Shown here piece after piece: positions 12,615 through 25,964 of a stretch of 64,000 bases of DNA (its first letter is position 1; every line of letters starts with the position of its first letter). The notes under the pieces are model-generated. The model made no database searches. It was given only the letters and a program-made list of their open reading frames with translations, and had not been told where the DNA came from. This DNA is from Eledone cirrhosa. Its lineage: Eukaryota. The position numbers and the translations under genes are program-made. Where the stretch lies: NCBI GenBank assembly GCA_964016885.1, contig OZ024766.1, positions 1,054,001 to 1,118,000 of the forward strand, given 5' to 3'.

Positions 12615-13324
12615 TGATGTATATATAAACATATATAATACACTCATATACATTAAATATACGGGTAATATCAATGCCAAAAAAATTCGACTTTTCTCTA
12701 TTTTACGCAATGAATTCATCCCTGAGTTGCCAAAAAAATTTCTGAGGATGTCAGACAGAGCTGTTTCAAGATTTGTTGATCTATCATCAGTGATGCTCTC
12801 ACAGAAACTTGCTGACATGAAATAGACTAAGACTGATTCTTTTGTGTGATAATATTTACTTGTGTTTATAATGTTTACAGCTAGGGCTTCCATTGTATTC
12901 CTATGGTGTAATAAGAAAAAAAGCACCCAACATCTTATGTATCTTTTCAATTCTGATGAGGTATCATATGGCAGTGCAGTACAGGACAAAGTTTACATAC
13001 AGTATCAGTAAAAAATATAAGGACTAGATTTGCATAATTCTTTTATGACATAATACGCATTTCTGAGGTGCCACTGTGACATCAGTTTGTATATGTGCAT
13101 GTGGTGTCGTTTGATATTAAATATTTGATATTCGAAAAGAGATGAAAAGAAATAATTCAAAAAGAAAAAGAAGAAACAACCAGATGAAGTAGAACAACAA
13201 ATAGGAGAAAATTAAGAATGAATAATAATAACAACAACAATAATAAGAATAATAATAAGAATAATAAGAAGAAGAACAAGAAGAAGGATGAAGCTGTAAA
13301 ATTATCCAAGACAAAAGGTGGAAG

Positions 13325-13356
<32 letters not shown>

Positions 13357-13431
13357 GTATATGTATATGTATATATATATGTATATATACATATATATAT
13401 ACATGTATATATATATATGTATATATATATG

Positions 13432-13464
<33 letters not shown>

Positions 13465-13516
13465 GTATATATATATATATACATATGTATACATATGTAT
13501 ATATATATATATATAC

Positions 13517-13572
<56 letters not shown>

Positions 13573-13583
13573 GTATATATATG

Positions 13584-13629
<46 letters not shown>

Positions 13630-13869
13630 CGTATATGTATATTTATGTGTGTAAAGATACCTCTTTTGACATATCGTCCCATTTTGATTCCTCATCATAC
13701 TAAAAACCAGAAAAAAAAAAGAACAAACATATTTAGTAAATTATTAACCCTTTCGTAACCATGTTTGGAACATAACTTAACAAAGGTTCTTACATCAAAT
13801 TATGATGGAAGGTTTTTAGATAAATATAAACACTTTAACCCTTTCCTAACCATGTGTATATATATGTGC

Positions 13870-13901
<32 letters not shown>

Positions 13902-13904
13902 GTG

Positions 13905-14026
<122 letters not shown>

Positions 14027-14862
14027 CACATATATGTATACAAATATATATATACATATATATATTCTATACATATACATATATATACATATATATATAC
14101 ACATATATGTATACATATACATATATACATATATATATTCTACTGACTCGGTGTAAAATAATGTCAGAGAACTTTCATTTTATTAATATGAAATTTACCA
14201 ATTAAAACATATTTTAGGGCTGTTTGAATATTATCTCCGTTTTGTTATCAATCTAAACTATAATAAAGAAAGGAATCCGAGAGTGCGTCCTGAATATATT
14301 TTTTAATCCCGCTTGTAAAATAAGTTGGATTACTTTGAATAAATAATGAATGAATATTACATAATTTATCTACTAAATTTCGTAGCTTTTGATTAAATAT
14401 ATTTTATTGTTTATTTAAAGATTCACCTCTTTAAAATGTTCAAATGTCAACACTTCGATTGCTTAAATAAACATTCATATATTTCCGTCACTAATTTTCT
14501 CCTAATGTAGTTTATATATAATATCGTCTATTTTTAATGTATCATGGATTACTTTACTGATTACATAAGACAGTGTAACGCAGGCTTCGTTCAATTTCTG
14601 TGTATTAAAAATTGTCAGTTACGATTTTATTTGATGTATCATATTTACATGTATATATACTTGCGTATAATATCAATATACACACTACATATACTAGCAG
14701 AAAACCACCCAACAGGTGGTTTTCTGCTAGTAAAACATAAAAATTGCAAATAATGTTCAAATTTTTCTGTGGACCACCAAAATTTCCTCTTGAACCACCA
14801 AGAGTCCATGGAGCACCAGTTGGTGATGTCTAATGTAAATCGTGTTGAAGAAAGAAGCTTAC

Positions 14863-15017
14863 CTGGTTCTTCATCTGTTTGTCTTTGAGGAACGACTGGA
14901 ATGGGTGGAAGGGAAATTTAGCTTCCAACGTAACCCACGGATGGATCTCAACATCCATAAGTGGAAGACGCAGGCCTGGGGATGGTTCTATTAGCTTGTT
15001 TATTAGTTCCTTGCATT
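14863..15017 (-). CDS. kinase exon, subdomain XI
   Basis: cattccag acceptor, gtaagc donor; 155 bp; ECKELINKLIEPSPGLRLPLMDVEIHPWVTLEAKFPFHPFQSFLKDKQMKNQ. Confidence 0.92.
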
Positions 15018-15447
15018 CTGGAATGAGAGAATAACAACAGAAAGTTTATTAGGATGATGATATTAATTCTGGAATGGCCTTGGTCTACCGTTTCATCTAC
15101 CTAGCTAGTCGATCTAGAGAGACCCAACCTCATCTAATGTCTTAGTGGTTAGAGCATGGGGCTCGCAATCGAAAGGTTGTGAGTTCAATTCTCGCACCAG
15201 GTGATATATGAGATATGGCTCATCATCAGATGCGCCCCATGAGATATGGTTCATCATCAGGTGAGCTGCAAGCTCTAATTTACATTCGTGCCCACATTAA
15301 AAAAAGGGCGGTAACTCAGGTTGTTTTCCTCGATCGAAAAAAATGATAGAAAGATAAATTACGACTGAAAAGTTGGGGTAAAAAAATCAAAGATTTCACT
15401 TAGGTGACTTAGGCGAGCCATCCAGGTACATATATATGTATATATAC

Positions 15448-15478
<31 letters not shown>

Positions 15479-15600
15479 AATATATATATATATGTGTGTG
15501 TATATATATATATATATAAATATTTACACATACACCAATTAAACAAAGTCACAGGTATATATATTATCAAATAATTCTCTGGACATGCTTTACTCTATAG

Positions 15601-15631
<31 letters not shown>

Positions 15632-16089
15632 ATGCATATATATATATGTGTGTGTTTGCATATATATATATATATATATATTATGCATATATATGTATAC
15701 ACATATATGTACCTGGAACGTTTGCAGCGCCACCCATGGGTATCAGTAGGGACCACTTTGTGAACGTTATTTTTAAGTAAACTTTAACAGAGATGTAGTC
15801 AAAGTGAAATCTAAGGGGAGATAATAATGTCAATCCCAGCAGTTATTTTGCAGAATTATTTCCCTTGGACAAGAAAAATATTTCATTTAACAATTTTCCT
15901 CATTATACAATAATTATATTCTCACGTCTCGATTAATTAATTATCCCCTCCCCCATTTTTATTAATTTATCAGATCCCGACGCCAGCGCTCTTATAGCCC
16001 CTCCCCCTTCACTTATTAAATTTTACTAGTCTATCTCCAGCGAAATTTTATTTTAAGTGGTAGCATTCCTGCGACAATTTTCTTTAGAC

Positions 16090-16298
16090 CAGGCATGTCA
16101 AACATGCGGCCTTTTACAAGCACACATGCGGCCCTTTACAAGCACAGATGCGGCCCGAACAAAGGTTTTTACAGCTCGAGCATGCTTTATCTTCGTAAAA
16201 TTAGTTGTAATGTGTGCAATTAGTTGTCGTGTGTGGCCCTCAGACAACACATATGGGACCCATGTGGTCCTTGGGGGACCCTCAGTTTGACATGCCTA
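16090..16298. mobile_element. hAT (Charlie-like) MITE
   Basis: TIR caggcatgtcaaac/gtttgacatgccta; imperfect 8-bp TSD ctttagac/tttcagac. Confidence 0.7.
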
Positions 16299-16507
16299 TT
16301 TCAGACATTAAAAACCATTCTACAAGACAAAAGAAAAATACATGGCTAGAAATCCCTTCTCACTTGACATTTACATTACTCTATATATACTATTGTATTT
16401 TCACAGTAAAGGCTATTGTATATTCGCGGGAATTGACTTTGTATATATATATATATATACATATATCATCATCATCATCTAATGTCCATCTTTCACGCTA
16501 GCATGGG

Positions 16508-16558
<51 letters not shown>

Positions 16559-16582
16559 TAGATAGATAGATAGATATATGCA

Positions 16583-16625
<43 letters not shown>

Positions 16626-16688
16626 ATATATATATATATATATTATAAACATTTATATTTGTTGGATTTCCAACAAATATCCCTTCTA

Positions 16689-16750
<62 letters not shown>

Positions 16751-16839
16751 AATATAATTTTATTCAACTAGGGTTTGAACTCTGGGATCTCAGAAAGTTC
16801 AGAGTGTGAACAAATACCACAAAGCATTCAATCCAGCGT

Positions 16840-17145
16840 TCTGCTGACCTCTACTGACCTCTACCAACCTCTGTTGACCTTTGCTGGCCTCTGCTGTCCT
16901 CTATTAACCTGTGTTGACCTTTGCTGACCTCTGCTGTCCTCTACCAACCTCTGCTGACCTCTATCAACCCCTGCTGACCTCTATCAACCCCTGCTGACCT
17001 ATCAATCTCTGCTGACCTCTACCAACATCTGCTGCCCTCTACCGACCTCTGCTGACCTCTATCAACCCCTGCTGACCTCTACCAACCTCTGCTGACCTCT
17101 ACCAACCTTTACCAACCTCTGATGACCTCTACCAACCTCTGCTAA
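16840..17145. repeat. 20-bp minisatellite
   Basis: ctgctgacctctaccaacct units. Confidence 0.85.
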
Positions 17146-17643
17146 TCCCTAAAAAATGCGTTCAAAACCAATAATAAGAATGTTTAAGCCCCTTATAGGG
17201 AAGAGCTGGGGAAATAAATCAAAGTGTTCCCATGTTTTCCAGCGTATTTACCAACAGTTGGTCGTAAAAACTGGTAAAAATTTATCAAATTTAAAATGAA
17301 GGAATCAGACAAGGTTTTGTACAATCTTACGGATTGACCCTACTGTAAAAGTCACGACAGTATACAATAGTATATATAGAGTAATGTAAATGTTATGTGA
17401 GATAAAGCCTTTACTGTGACAATACAATAGTATATATAGAGTAATGTAAATGTTATGTGTGATATTATGTGAGGTAAAGCCTTTACTGTGAAAATACAAT
17501 AGTATATATAGAGTAATGTAAATGATAAAGGGTTAACAGAAAATGCTCCTAGCTCAGTTTTTGCAAGCCTTCCAGTGACACCCATGGCATGTGCCATACC
17601 ATAGTTACACCTGTGTGTACAGGTAAGAAATGTAATGACATAC

Positions 17644-17789
17644 CTGGTGTTAAGTGCATCATTTCTTTAAAATGACAGTTTACAAGGCCTTTTTCTATTT
17701 GCGACTGTAGTTCTCTTCTTCGAAACTGGTCAGAAGACGGAGTTGTAAAGGGTAGTTTTCCCACCAGCATTGTATAGAAAATTATCCCC
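17644..17789 (-). CDS. kinase exon, subdomains IX-X
   Basis: ttttacag acceptor, gtatgt donor; 146 bp; [48 protein letters not shown]. Confidence 0.93.
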
Positions 17790-17884
17790 CTGTAAAATAG
17801 AGGCAGACATGATAGAGACAACAAAACAGAGAGAGTGACAGAGACATATACATACATATATATATATATATATGTGTGTGTGTG

Positions 17885-17976
<92 letters not shown>

Positions 17977-18107
17977 CATACATACATACATATATATATA
18001 TGTACAATGATATTAAATAAATGGAAACTATATTTATAAAACCATATTATTCTATTATATCATATATATATATGATATAATATACATATATATATATATA
18101 TATACAT

Positions 18108-18846
18108 GATGGCTGCAAACTCTGCTAAGAGTATTGCAATCACTTGTCAGATTCAGATGTGTGATGCTCGGATATGGCTTTTCTAGCCTGCTAGGGACTC
18201 GCACCCCTTCACACACTGACGACAACTATGGATCTCCCTGGCCTCAGGTCTTGCATCAGGTTGCTCGTGAACCCTCACAATACCGTGGAGATCATAGTTC
18301 ACTGGTTCTCTTTGAACATGGCTGCAACTGTGGCTCCTGAGACCAGATTTGCTCAAGCAAAACTTTCCACACTCAGGGCACACGAATTCAATGGAGACAT
18401 CGATCGTTTCGAGAGATACACCAGGGCATTGCTTACGCACATCCCGTTTGATCCTCTCGTGCTCTATGCGTCTGTCCTCAAAATTATGGACCCCATCATT
18501 CACCATTCCGCGCCAAGTTTCTATTTCAAGAGTTTCTATCTCCCAGTCAGCCACTATCAAACCAGTTTTTTTCAATGAGTCCTTTACACAATCCTTGAAT
18601 CAGAGCTTTGGTTTGTGAGGTGGTCTCCTACCCTCACAAAGCTCGCCATACAAGAATTGTTTTGGGATTCGATCCTCCTCCATTTTGCAGAGGTGCCTGG
18701 TCCATCGCAAATGTCGTTGGTGGATGATACTCTCAATGTTATGATGCTCACTTCTCTCAAGGACCTCAACATCACTCACATGCATCTGCCACTTGATACC
18801 AAGCATCTTTCTGAGACACTGCTGGTGAAACCCTTCCAGTCTGTGG
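18108..18846 (-). mobile_element. RTE (BovB-like) LINE 3' fragment
   Basis: LEGFHQQCLRKMLGIKWQ..RHLRWTRHLCKMEEDRIPKQFLYGEL, followed by a C2H2-like CPECGKFCLSKSGLRSH; 3' end ttgcagccatc-(TA)n. Confidence 0.85.
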
Positions 18847-19030
18847 ATATGCATACATACTTCCATATATATGTATATATATATATATATACATACATAT
18901 ATGAGAGACTGGGGAGAAGATGAAGGAAGGAAGGAATGATGAAGACAGGAAGAAAGCAAGATAGAAAATGGAAGGGTTGAAAGAAAGTAGGGAGTGAATT
19001 ATAAAAAGTACAGGGTTTACAAAATACTCA

Positions 19031-19177
<147 letters not shown>

Positions 19178-19608
19178 TTAGGGAGACAACTTAGTCAGAG
19201 AAACAGAAAAATAGGGAGCATTCATTAAATACAGAATTGCTAGGGTTTAACCCAGAGTTTCTCAAACTTTCTAATTAGAAATATGGTAATGAAAGGGTTA
19301 ATGAGAGAGAGAGAGAGAGAGAGAAGTATACTGGAACTGACCCCAGTATAGAACTGGTACTTTTTGTGGTGTTGGTCACTCTGGTGATGGTAATGATGAT
19401 TGAAGTGGTGGTAGTGATGATGGGGGTGATAGTAGTGATAGTAGTAGTAGTAGTAGTAGAGTAGTAGTAATAGTAGTAGTAGTAGCAGCAGCAGTAGTAG
19501 TATTAGTATTAGCAGCAGCAGCAGCAGTGGTGGTAATAGTAGTAGTACCACCACCCCATAGTAATTACTGGTACTGCAGTAGTAGTAGTAGTAGTAGTAG
19601 TAATAGTG

Positions 19609-19656
<48 letters not shown>

Positions 19657-19687
19657 TCACCACCCCACAGTAATTACTGGTACTCAC

Positions 19688-19746
19688 CAACGATCTTAAT
19701 GTTCTTCTTCTTCTCGTCCAGCATAATGTTTTCCATTTTTAAATCC
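19688..19746 (-). CDS. kinase exon, catalytic loop
   Basis: tttacag acceptor, gtgagt donor; 59 bp; (R)DLKMENIMLDEKKKNIKIV(D). Confidence 0.95.
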
Positions 19747-20021
19747 CTGTAAAGAAAGAATGAGAAGTGTTAGTAAGTGTAAGTAAGTGTAAGTAAGTGT
19801 AAGTGTCAGACTTCGAATTCTTTATATATATATTTATATATATATATCATCATCATCATCTATATATATACATACATATATATATATACATATATATACA
19901 TATATATATATACATACATATACATATATATATATACATACATATATATATATACATACATACATATACATACATATATATATACATACATATATATATA
20001 TATACATACATATATATATAT

Positions 20022-20052
<31 letters not shown>

Positions 20053-20073
20053 CATACATATATATATATACAT

Positions 20074-20144
<71 letters not shown>

Positions 20145-20279
20145 CATATATATATATACACAGTTCAAGAGTAACCAATCTTAAAGAGAGAGATGGAGGT
20201 AGTAGAGGAGATATGAGAGGAGAGATTGGTGAGTTAGTTAGAAGCCAAAGCATAAAGGCATGTGCTCAATGTGCAATAT

Positions 20280-20405
20280 GCAGTCCTGGCTGTTCTTTTA
20301 CATCATGGATCACAGGTTGTGCACACCAGGACTGAACAAAGTCTGATTCACCGCCTTGGGTCCTATTCCCCTCTTGAACTCAACTCACCTCCCCAATTTC
20401 TTTAA
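20280..20405 (+). mobile_element. Penelope-like (Neptune-type) GIY-YIG C-terminal remnant
   Basis: [41 protein letters not shown] resembles the R...EQ.LI..LG...P.GLN end of PLE endonucleases. Confidence 0.65.
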
Positions 20406-20890
20406 TACCCCATCCATTATCACACGCTCTTGTACATTCATCCCTAGATTCCTATCGTTCTATCACGATCATAAACATACTCTTACAACTAATACATACC
20501 GACTCCACTTTCCCCTTCACTGCTCTGTATACACACATACACACCCTTATATTAACATACTTTTGCTCATAGCTTTGTACTTTCATGCACACACACACTC
20601 TTTTACTTACATATACACGCACCTTTCTCCTTAACTTCATATGGACATATAAGACACACAGACAGATGCATACACACAAGTATAGTTCTATTTTACAAAA
20701 CGTTTTTTTTTCCATTTCAGGTAGACGCGCTTCATCATCCACTTTTCTAAAATATAAATCCTACACAAAACGCCAGCACCAACAGTTTTGCAAAAGATGT
20801 TAACATGAATGGATCTGTTATTTTTATCTAAAGACATTTTTTCCAATTCCATCCCGCCCATCTACTCAATCTATTTTATTTCTCCTTCTT

Positions 20891-20925
20891 TCTTCTGATG
20901 AAGGACTAGCGTCCAAAATGTTAAG
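20891..20925 (+). ncRNA. degenerate minimal hammerhead motif (family A)
   Basis: TCTT-CTGATGA-A-GGAC-TAGC-GTCC-AAAAT-GTT-AAG; GAAAC is mutated relative to 37932-37967. Confidence 0.55.
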
Positions 20926-21145
20926 TCCCTCTTCCTGCTATATCAAGCGTTAACCTAATATATTCCTTCCATATACTGTACCAATTGTGTTGTTATTTCT
21001 GTTTACCTTTTACATACATATATATATATATTTCTGGCAACATTCTAACAATATGATCCTCCCCAAATATAACAATATATATATATATACATAGATGTAA
21101 GGTCTCATTCCTGGATATGTCAATATTTATAAAACAAACTTTGTA

Positions 21146-21202
21146 TTTTATCTGATGATAGTGTACCAAAGTTTTGGTACCCTTGAAATATATATAATAG
21201 AA
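21146..21202 (+). ncRNA. type I hammerhead motif (family B)
   Basis: TTTTAT-CTGATGA-TAGTGTACCAAA-G-TTTTGGTACCCTT-GAAA-TATATA-TA-ATAGAA. Confidence 0.7.
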
Positions 21203-21333
21203 TAAATATGGTTTTATAAATATAGTTTCCATTTATTAATATCATTGATATTATACTCCAGAAAACTTGTTGAGTGCTTCGAATCTGTTATAAATATATT
21301 TGTTGAATTACCAAAAAATTAAATATCCCTTTG

Positions 21334-21397
<64 letters not shown>

Positions 21398-21653
21398 TAT
21401 ATACCATTCATTTTGTGACTAATTTTATTCAGACAGTATATCTAGGACTACATTAATGTGTCCTGTCATATATTCAGACACAGTGTATCTAGGACTACAT
21501 TATCTAATGTGTCCTGTCTTATATATAGACACAGTATACCTAGGAATACATTATCTAATGTGTCTTTCCTTGTTGTTTAGCCCCAGGTCAGTCCTGATCC
21601 AGTAGACCTATGATATGATCAAATATATCTCGGCTGCTTTTACAGATATCACC

Positions 21654-21948
21654 TTAACCCTTTAGCATTTAAACTGGCTATACCCAGCCACAATTCTCTC
21701 GCCTCTTTCTGTTCAAACCAACCATAACTGGCTGCTCATACTGACGTTAAGGTATTGTTCTCAATAGATAATATTAAAATCTCATAGATTCGATATTATG
21801 TGAAATATTATGCTAGGTGAAGTGTTTACTGTGAAAATACAATAGTATATATAGAGTAATGTAAATGTCATGTGAGATATGTGAAGTAAAGCCTTTACTG
21901 TGAAAATACAAGAGTATATATAGAGTAATGTAAATGCTAAAGGGTTGA
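21654..21948. mobile_element. same piggyBac-like MITE family, 2 internal units
   Basis: ttaaccctttagcattt ... aaatgctaaagggttga. Confidence 0.75.
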
Positions 21949-22267
21949 TGGTAGTAGTGATGTTGTTGTTGTCACTGTTATATAGCCCTAGGCTAACCCT
22001 GATATTGTAAGACCAATGATGAAACACACAAACAGCTGCGATAGCTTTTATCAGATGTCAGGTAGATCAGGTTTCACCTATGGCTCAACAGCAACAACAA
22101 CAACAGGAGCACTATTAAGGGGATAACTGCTAAAAGAGGTGTTTTTGTTAACCTTGGATTAATCTTATACAGAAATTGGAGTTAATCTAGGATTAAGGTT
22201 AGATGAGATTAACTTGTATTGTGTATATACATATATGTAGATATGTGTACATACATACATCTATATA

Positions 22268-22322
<55 letters not shown>

Positions 22323-22378
22323 ATATATATATGTATATATATATACATAGATATATATATGTATATATATATATATAC

Positions 22379-22430
<52 letters not shown>

Positions 22431-22651
22431 GTATATATATATACATACCTACATACATACATATATATATATAAATATATATTTATATATATATAAATGT
22501 TGTTATACTTGGGGAGGGTCATATTTGTGTAATATTGCCAGAATTAATAACAGAACACACTCACTGTTTGGTTGGTTTTCGCTTTTCGCTTATATATATA
22601 TATATACATTTATATATATATATATATATATATGTATGTAGGTATGTATAT

Positions 22652-22739
<88 letters not shown>

Positions 22740-22762
22740 ATTTAGATATATATCTATATTTA

Positions 22763-22816
<54 letters not shown>

Positions 22817-23524
22817 TAAATATATATATATATACATATTATATACATATATATGCCAGGAGGGGCTGTATCAGATTTAAAATAGACAAAACATGCTTTA
22901 AGTCGTGTTGATGCTGATACAACATCCTCAGAACGTAATGAAAGACGGATACACAGATATATATCATTGTTGTTGTTTAATGTCCGCCTTCCTTGGGTTA
23001 GATGACTCATCCGATTTGAGGCAAGTTGGGTCAAGGGAACGTTTCCTACTCATACAGAACAGTTTCTGTCTTGTTTCTACAGCTGGGTGCCCTTCCTAAC
23101 ACCAACCCCATTTACAGTGAGTGCTGGGTGCTTTTTGTCAGGACACCTACATGACCACTTTACAGAATGGACTGGGTACCTTTTGTCATGACACCTACAT
23201 GACCACTTTACAGAGTTAGAATGCAATGTGAAATGTTTACGATTTTAGAACTCAAAGTGAAATGTGTGTGTATTAGTATTGAGATTATGTGTGAGAGTAT
23301 GTTTATGTTTAAATGTGTGTGTTTTTTTAAAGGTTTATTGTGTAAAGCAGGGGTCAGCAACCACCGTCCCGCGGGCCAGATCCATCCCACGAAAGGATTT
23401 TGACCGGCCTGCGAGAACTGATGCTCATTGAGTTGTTTATTTAAAATGTAAATTTATTGTAATATGAGAGACGAGACTTTCGAATACAATGAAAGGCCTG
23501 CTGTTACATTCTTCCACAAATCTT

Positions 23525-24482
23525 CTGATTCACTCCACCTAATGTCCACCACCACTGATTCACTCTACCTAATGTCCACACACCACCACTGATTCACTCC
23601 ACCTAATGTCCACCACACCACCACTGATTCACTCCACCTAATGTCCACCACCACTGATTCACTCTACCTAATGTCCACCACACCACCACTGATTCACACT
23701 ACCTAATGTCCACCACACCACCACTGATTCACTCCACCTAATGTCCACCACACCACCACTGATTCACTCCACCTAATGTCCACCACACCACCACTGATTC
23801 ACTCCACCTAATGTCCACCACACCACCACTGATTCACTCCACCTAATGTCCACCACACCACCACTGATTCACCCTACCTAATGTCCACCACACCACCACT
23901 GATTCACTCCACCTAATGTCCACCACACCACCACTGATTCACTCTACCTAATGTCCACCACACCACCACTGATTCACCCTACCTAATGTCCACCACACCA
24001 CCACTGATTCACTCCACCTAATGTCCACCACCACTGATTCACTCCACCTAATGTCCACCACACCACCACTGATTCACCCTACCTAATGTCCACCACACCA
24101 CCACTGATTCACTCCACCTAATGTCCACCACACCACCACTGATTCACTCCACCTAATGTCCACCACACCACCACTGATTCACTCCACCTAATGTCCACCA
24201 CACCACCACTGATTCACTCCACCTAATGTCCACCACACCACCACTGATTCACTCCACCTAATGTCCACCACACCACCACTGATTCACTCCACCTAATGTC
24301 CACCACACCACCACTGATTCACTCCACCTAATGTCCACCACACCACCACTGATTCACTCTACCTAATGTCCACCACACCACCACTGATTCACTCCACCTA
24401 ATATCCACCACACCACCACTGATTCACTCCACCTAATGTCCACCACACCACCACTGATTCACTCCACCTAATGTCCACCACA
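23525..24482. repeat. 35-bp minisatellite, about 28 copies
   Basis: ctgattcactccacctaatgtccaccacaccacca (some 30-bp variants). Confidence 0.95.
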
Positions 24483-24487
24483 ACCGG

Positions 24488-24945
24488 GTGTGAACTCTTT
24501 GACAACAAAAACAGAGGTTGTATGGTGGACGAGGTTGAAAGGGCTGAGGTCAGACACCTTTCTCTCCGGCCAACAACTGATTCTTTTTTTCAAATACCAC
24601 TTTGGAAGAAGAGTCAGGATGGAGAGAGAGGTGCTGTACCCCAGCAAGTTTTATGAAAGGTGGGTAAAAGTGGCGAGAATGGGCCTTCTCTCTATATCAG
24701 CCTGTAGATTGAGGAAAAAGAGGAAGAGAGGAAAGGGGTAATCACTCTTTCTGCTACTGGAGATGAGGGTTGAACATTTTTTCGGGGGTATGCGTTACCC
24801 ATATGAAATGTCTCCCCCTATTGGGGAAAATTGATTAATTTTTAAATTGCATTTGTGATAACATTTTACATGTTTTTATTGTATGTAAACTTCCCCCTTT
24901 GTATTTGTCCCCTTCTTTTGTGCCCCTGTGGCTAATAAAGAAACA
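24488..24945 (+). mobile_element. Tx1/L1-type LINE 3' fragment
   Basis: EVVWWTRLKG..LILFFKYHF..VRMERE..KFYERW, then a T-rich 3' UTR, AATAAA and (TATC)n. Confidence 0.6.
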
Positions 24946-25137
24946 TATCTATCTACCTACATATCTATCTATCTACAGTAGTAGTAGTACCACCACCACC
25001 CCACAGTAATTACTGGTACTGCTGTAGTAGTAGTAGCAGTAGTGGTGGTAGTAGTAGTAGCAGTGGTAGTAGTAGTGGTGGTGGTGGTAGTAGTAGCAGT
25101 GGTAGTAGTAGTGGTGGTGGTGGTAGTAGTAGTAGCG

Positions 25138-25193
<56 letters not shown>

Positions 25194-25487
25194 GGTGGTA
25201 GTAGCAGTAGTGATAACAGATTCAATCTCCCTCCCTGCCTATATATATATATGCCACTCTCTCTCTCTTCCCCTATCTCTCTATATATATATGCCACTCT
25301 TTCTCTCTCTCTCCCTCTCTCTATATATGTGTGTGTGTCTCTCTCTCTCATTCTCCTGTCTGTCTGTCTGTCCCCACACTGTACTTATGGCAGTAGCTGC
25401 TGTTATCTGCACTACAGAGATAGTTGCCTGCCGTAGCCTTGAAACATGTGCAGCGCACATACTGCAACACTGCAGACACACAGACAG

Positions 25488-25527
<40 letters not shown>

Positions 25528-25601
25528 GTATATATGATACATACATACACACACATATATATATGTGTGTAAAAGGTAAACAGAAATAACACAATTGGAT
25601 A

Positions 25602-25637
<36 letters not shown>

Positions 25638-25709
25638 ACCTTTGCTATATATATATATATATATATATATATGTAAATATATTTTTTATATATAATTTTA
25701 TCTTTACTG

Positions 25710-25743
<34 letters not shown>

Positions 25744-25964
25744 GGAAAAGGTTCAGGACCCCGATGGCAGAGCTCAAGCCGTTTTGATGGCTATTTCTGG
25801 ACCAGAAATAGCTGTCGAAACCGCTTGAGCTCTGCCATCGGGGTCCTGAACCTTTTCCTATTACCCACTCTACTACCCAAAGTATTGAGTACTCTGGTGC
25901 ATTATGGTCCACCTGGTTCCTTACCACACTTCCTTGTTATATATATATATATATATATATATAT

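Noticed and set aside
12953-12990. CTGATGA core (similar isolated cores at 36577 and 56154)
   Set aside because: No properly spaced GAAA, helix III or helix I.
23525-24482. CRISPR-like regular repeats (also 49849-50410, 56635-57369)
   Set aside because: Head-to-tail units with no unique spacers, no cas genes, and a eukaryotic context.
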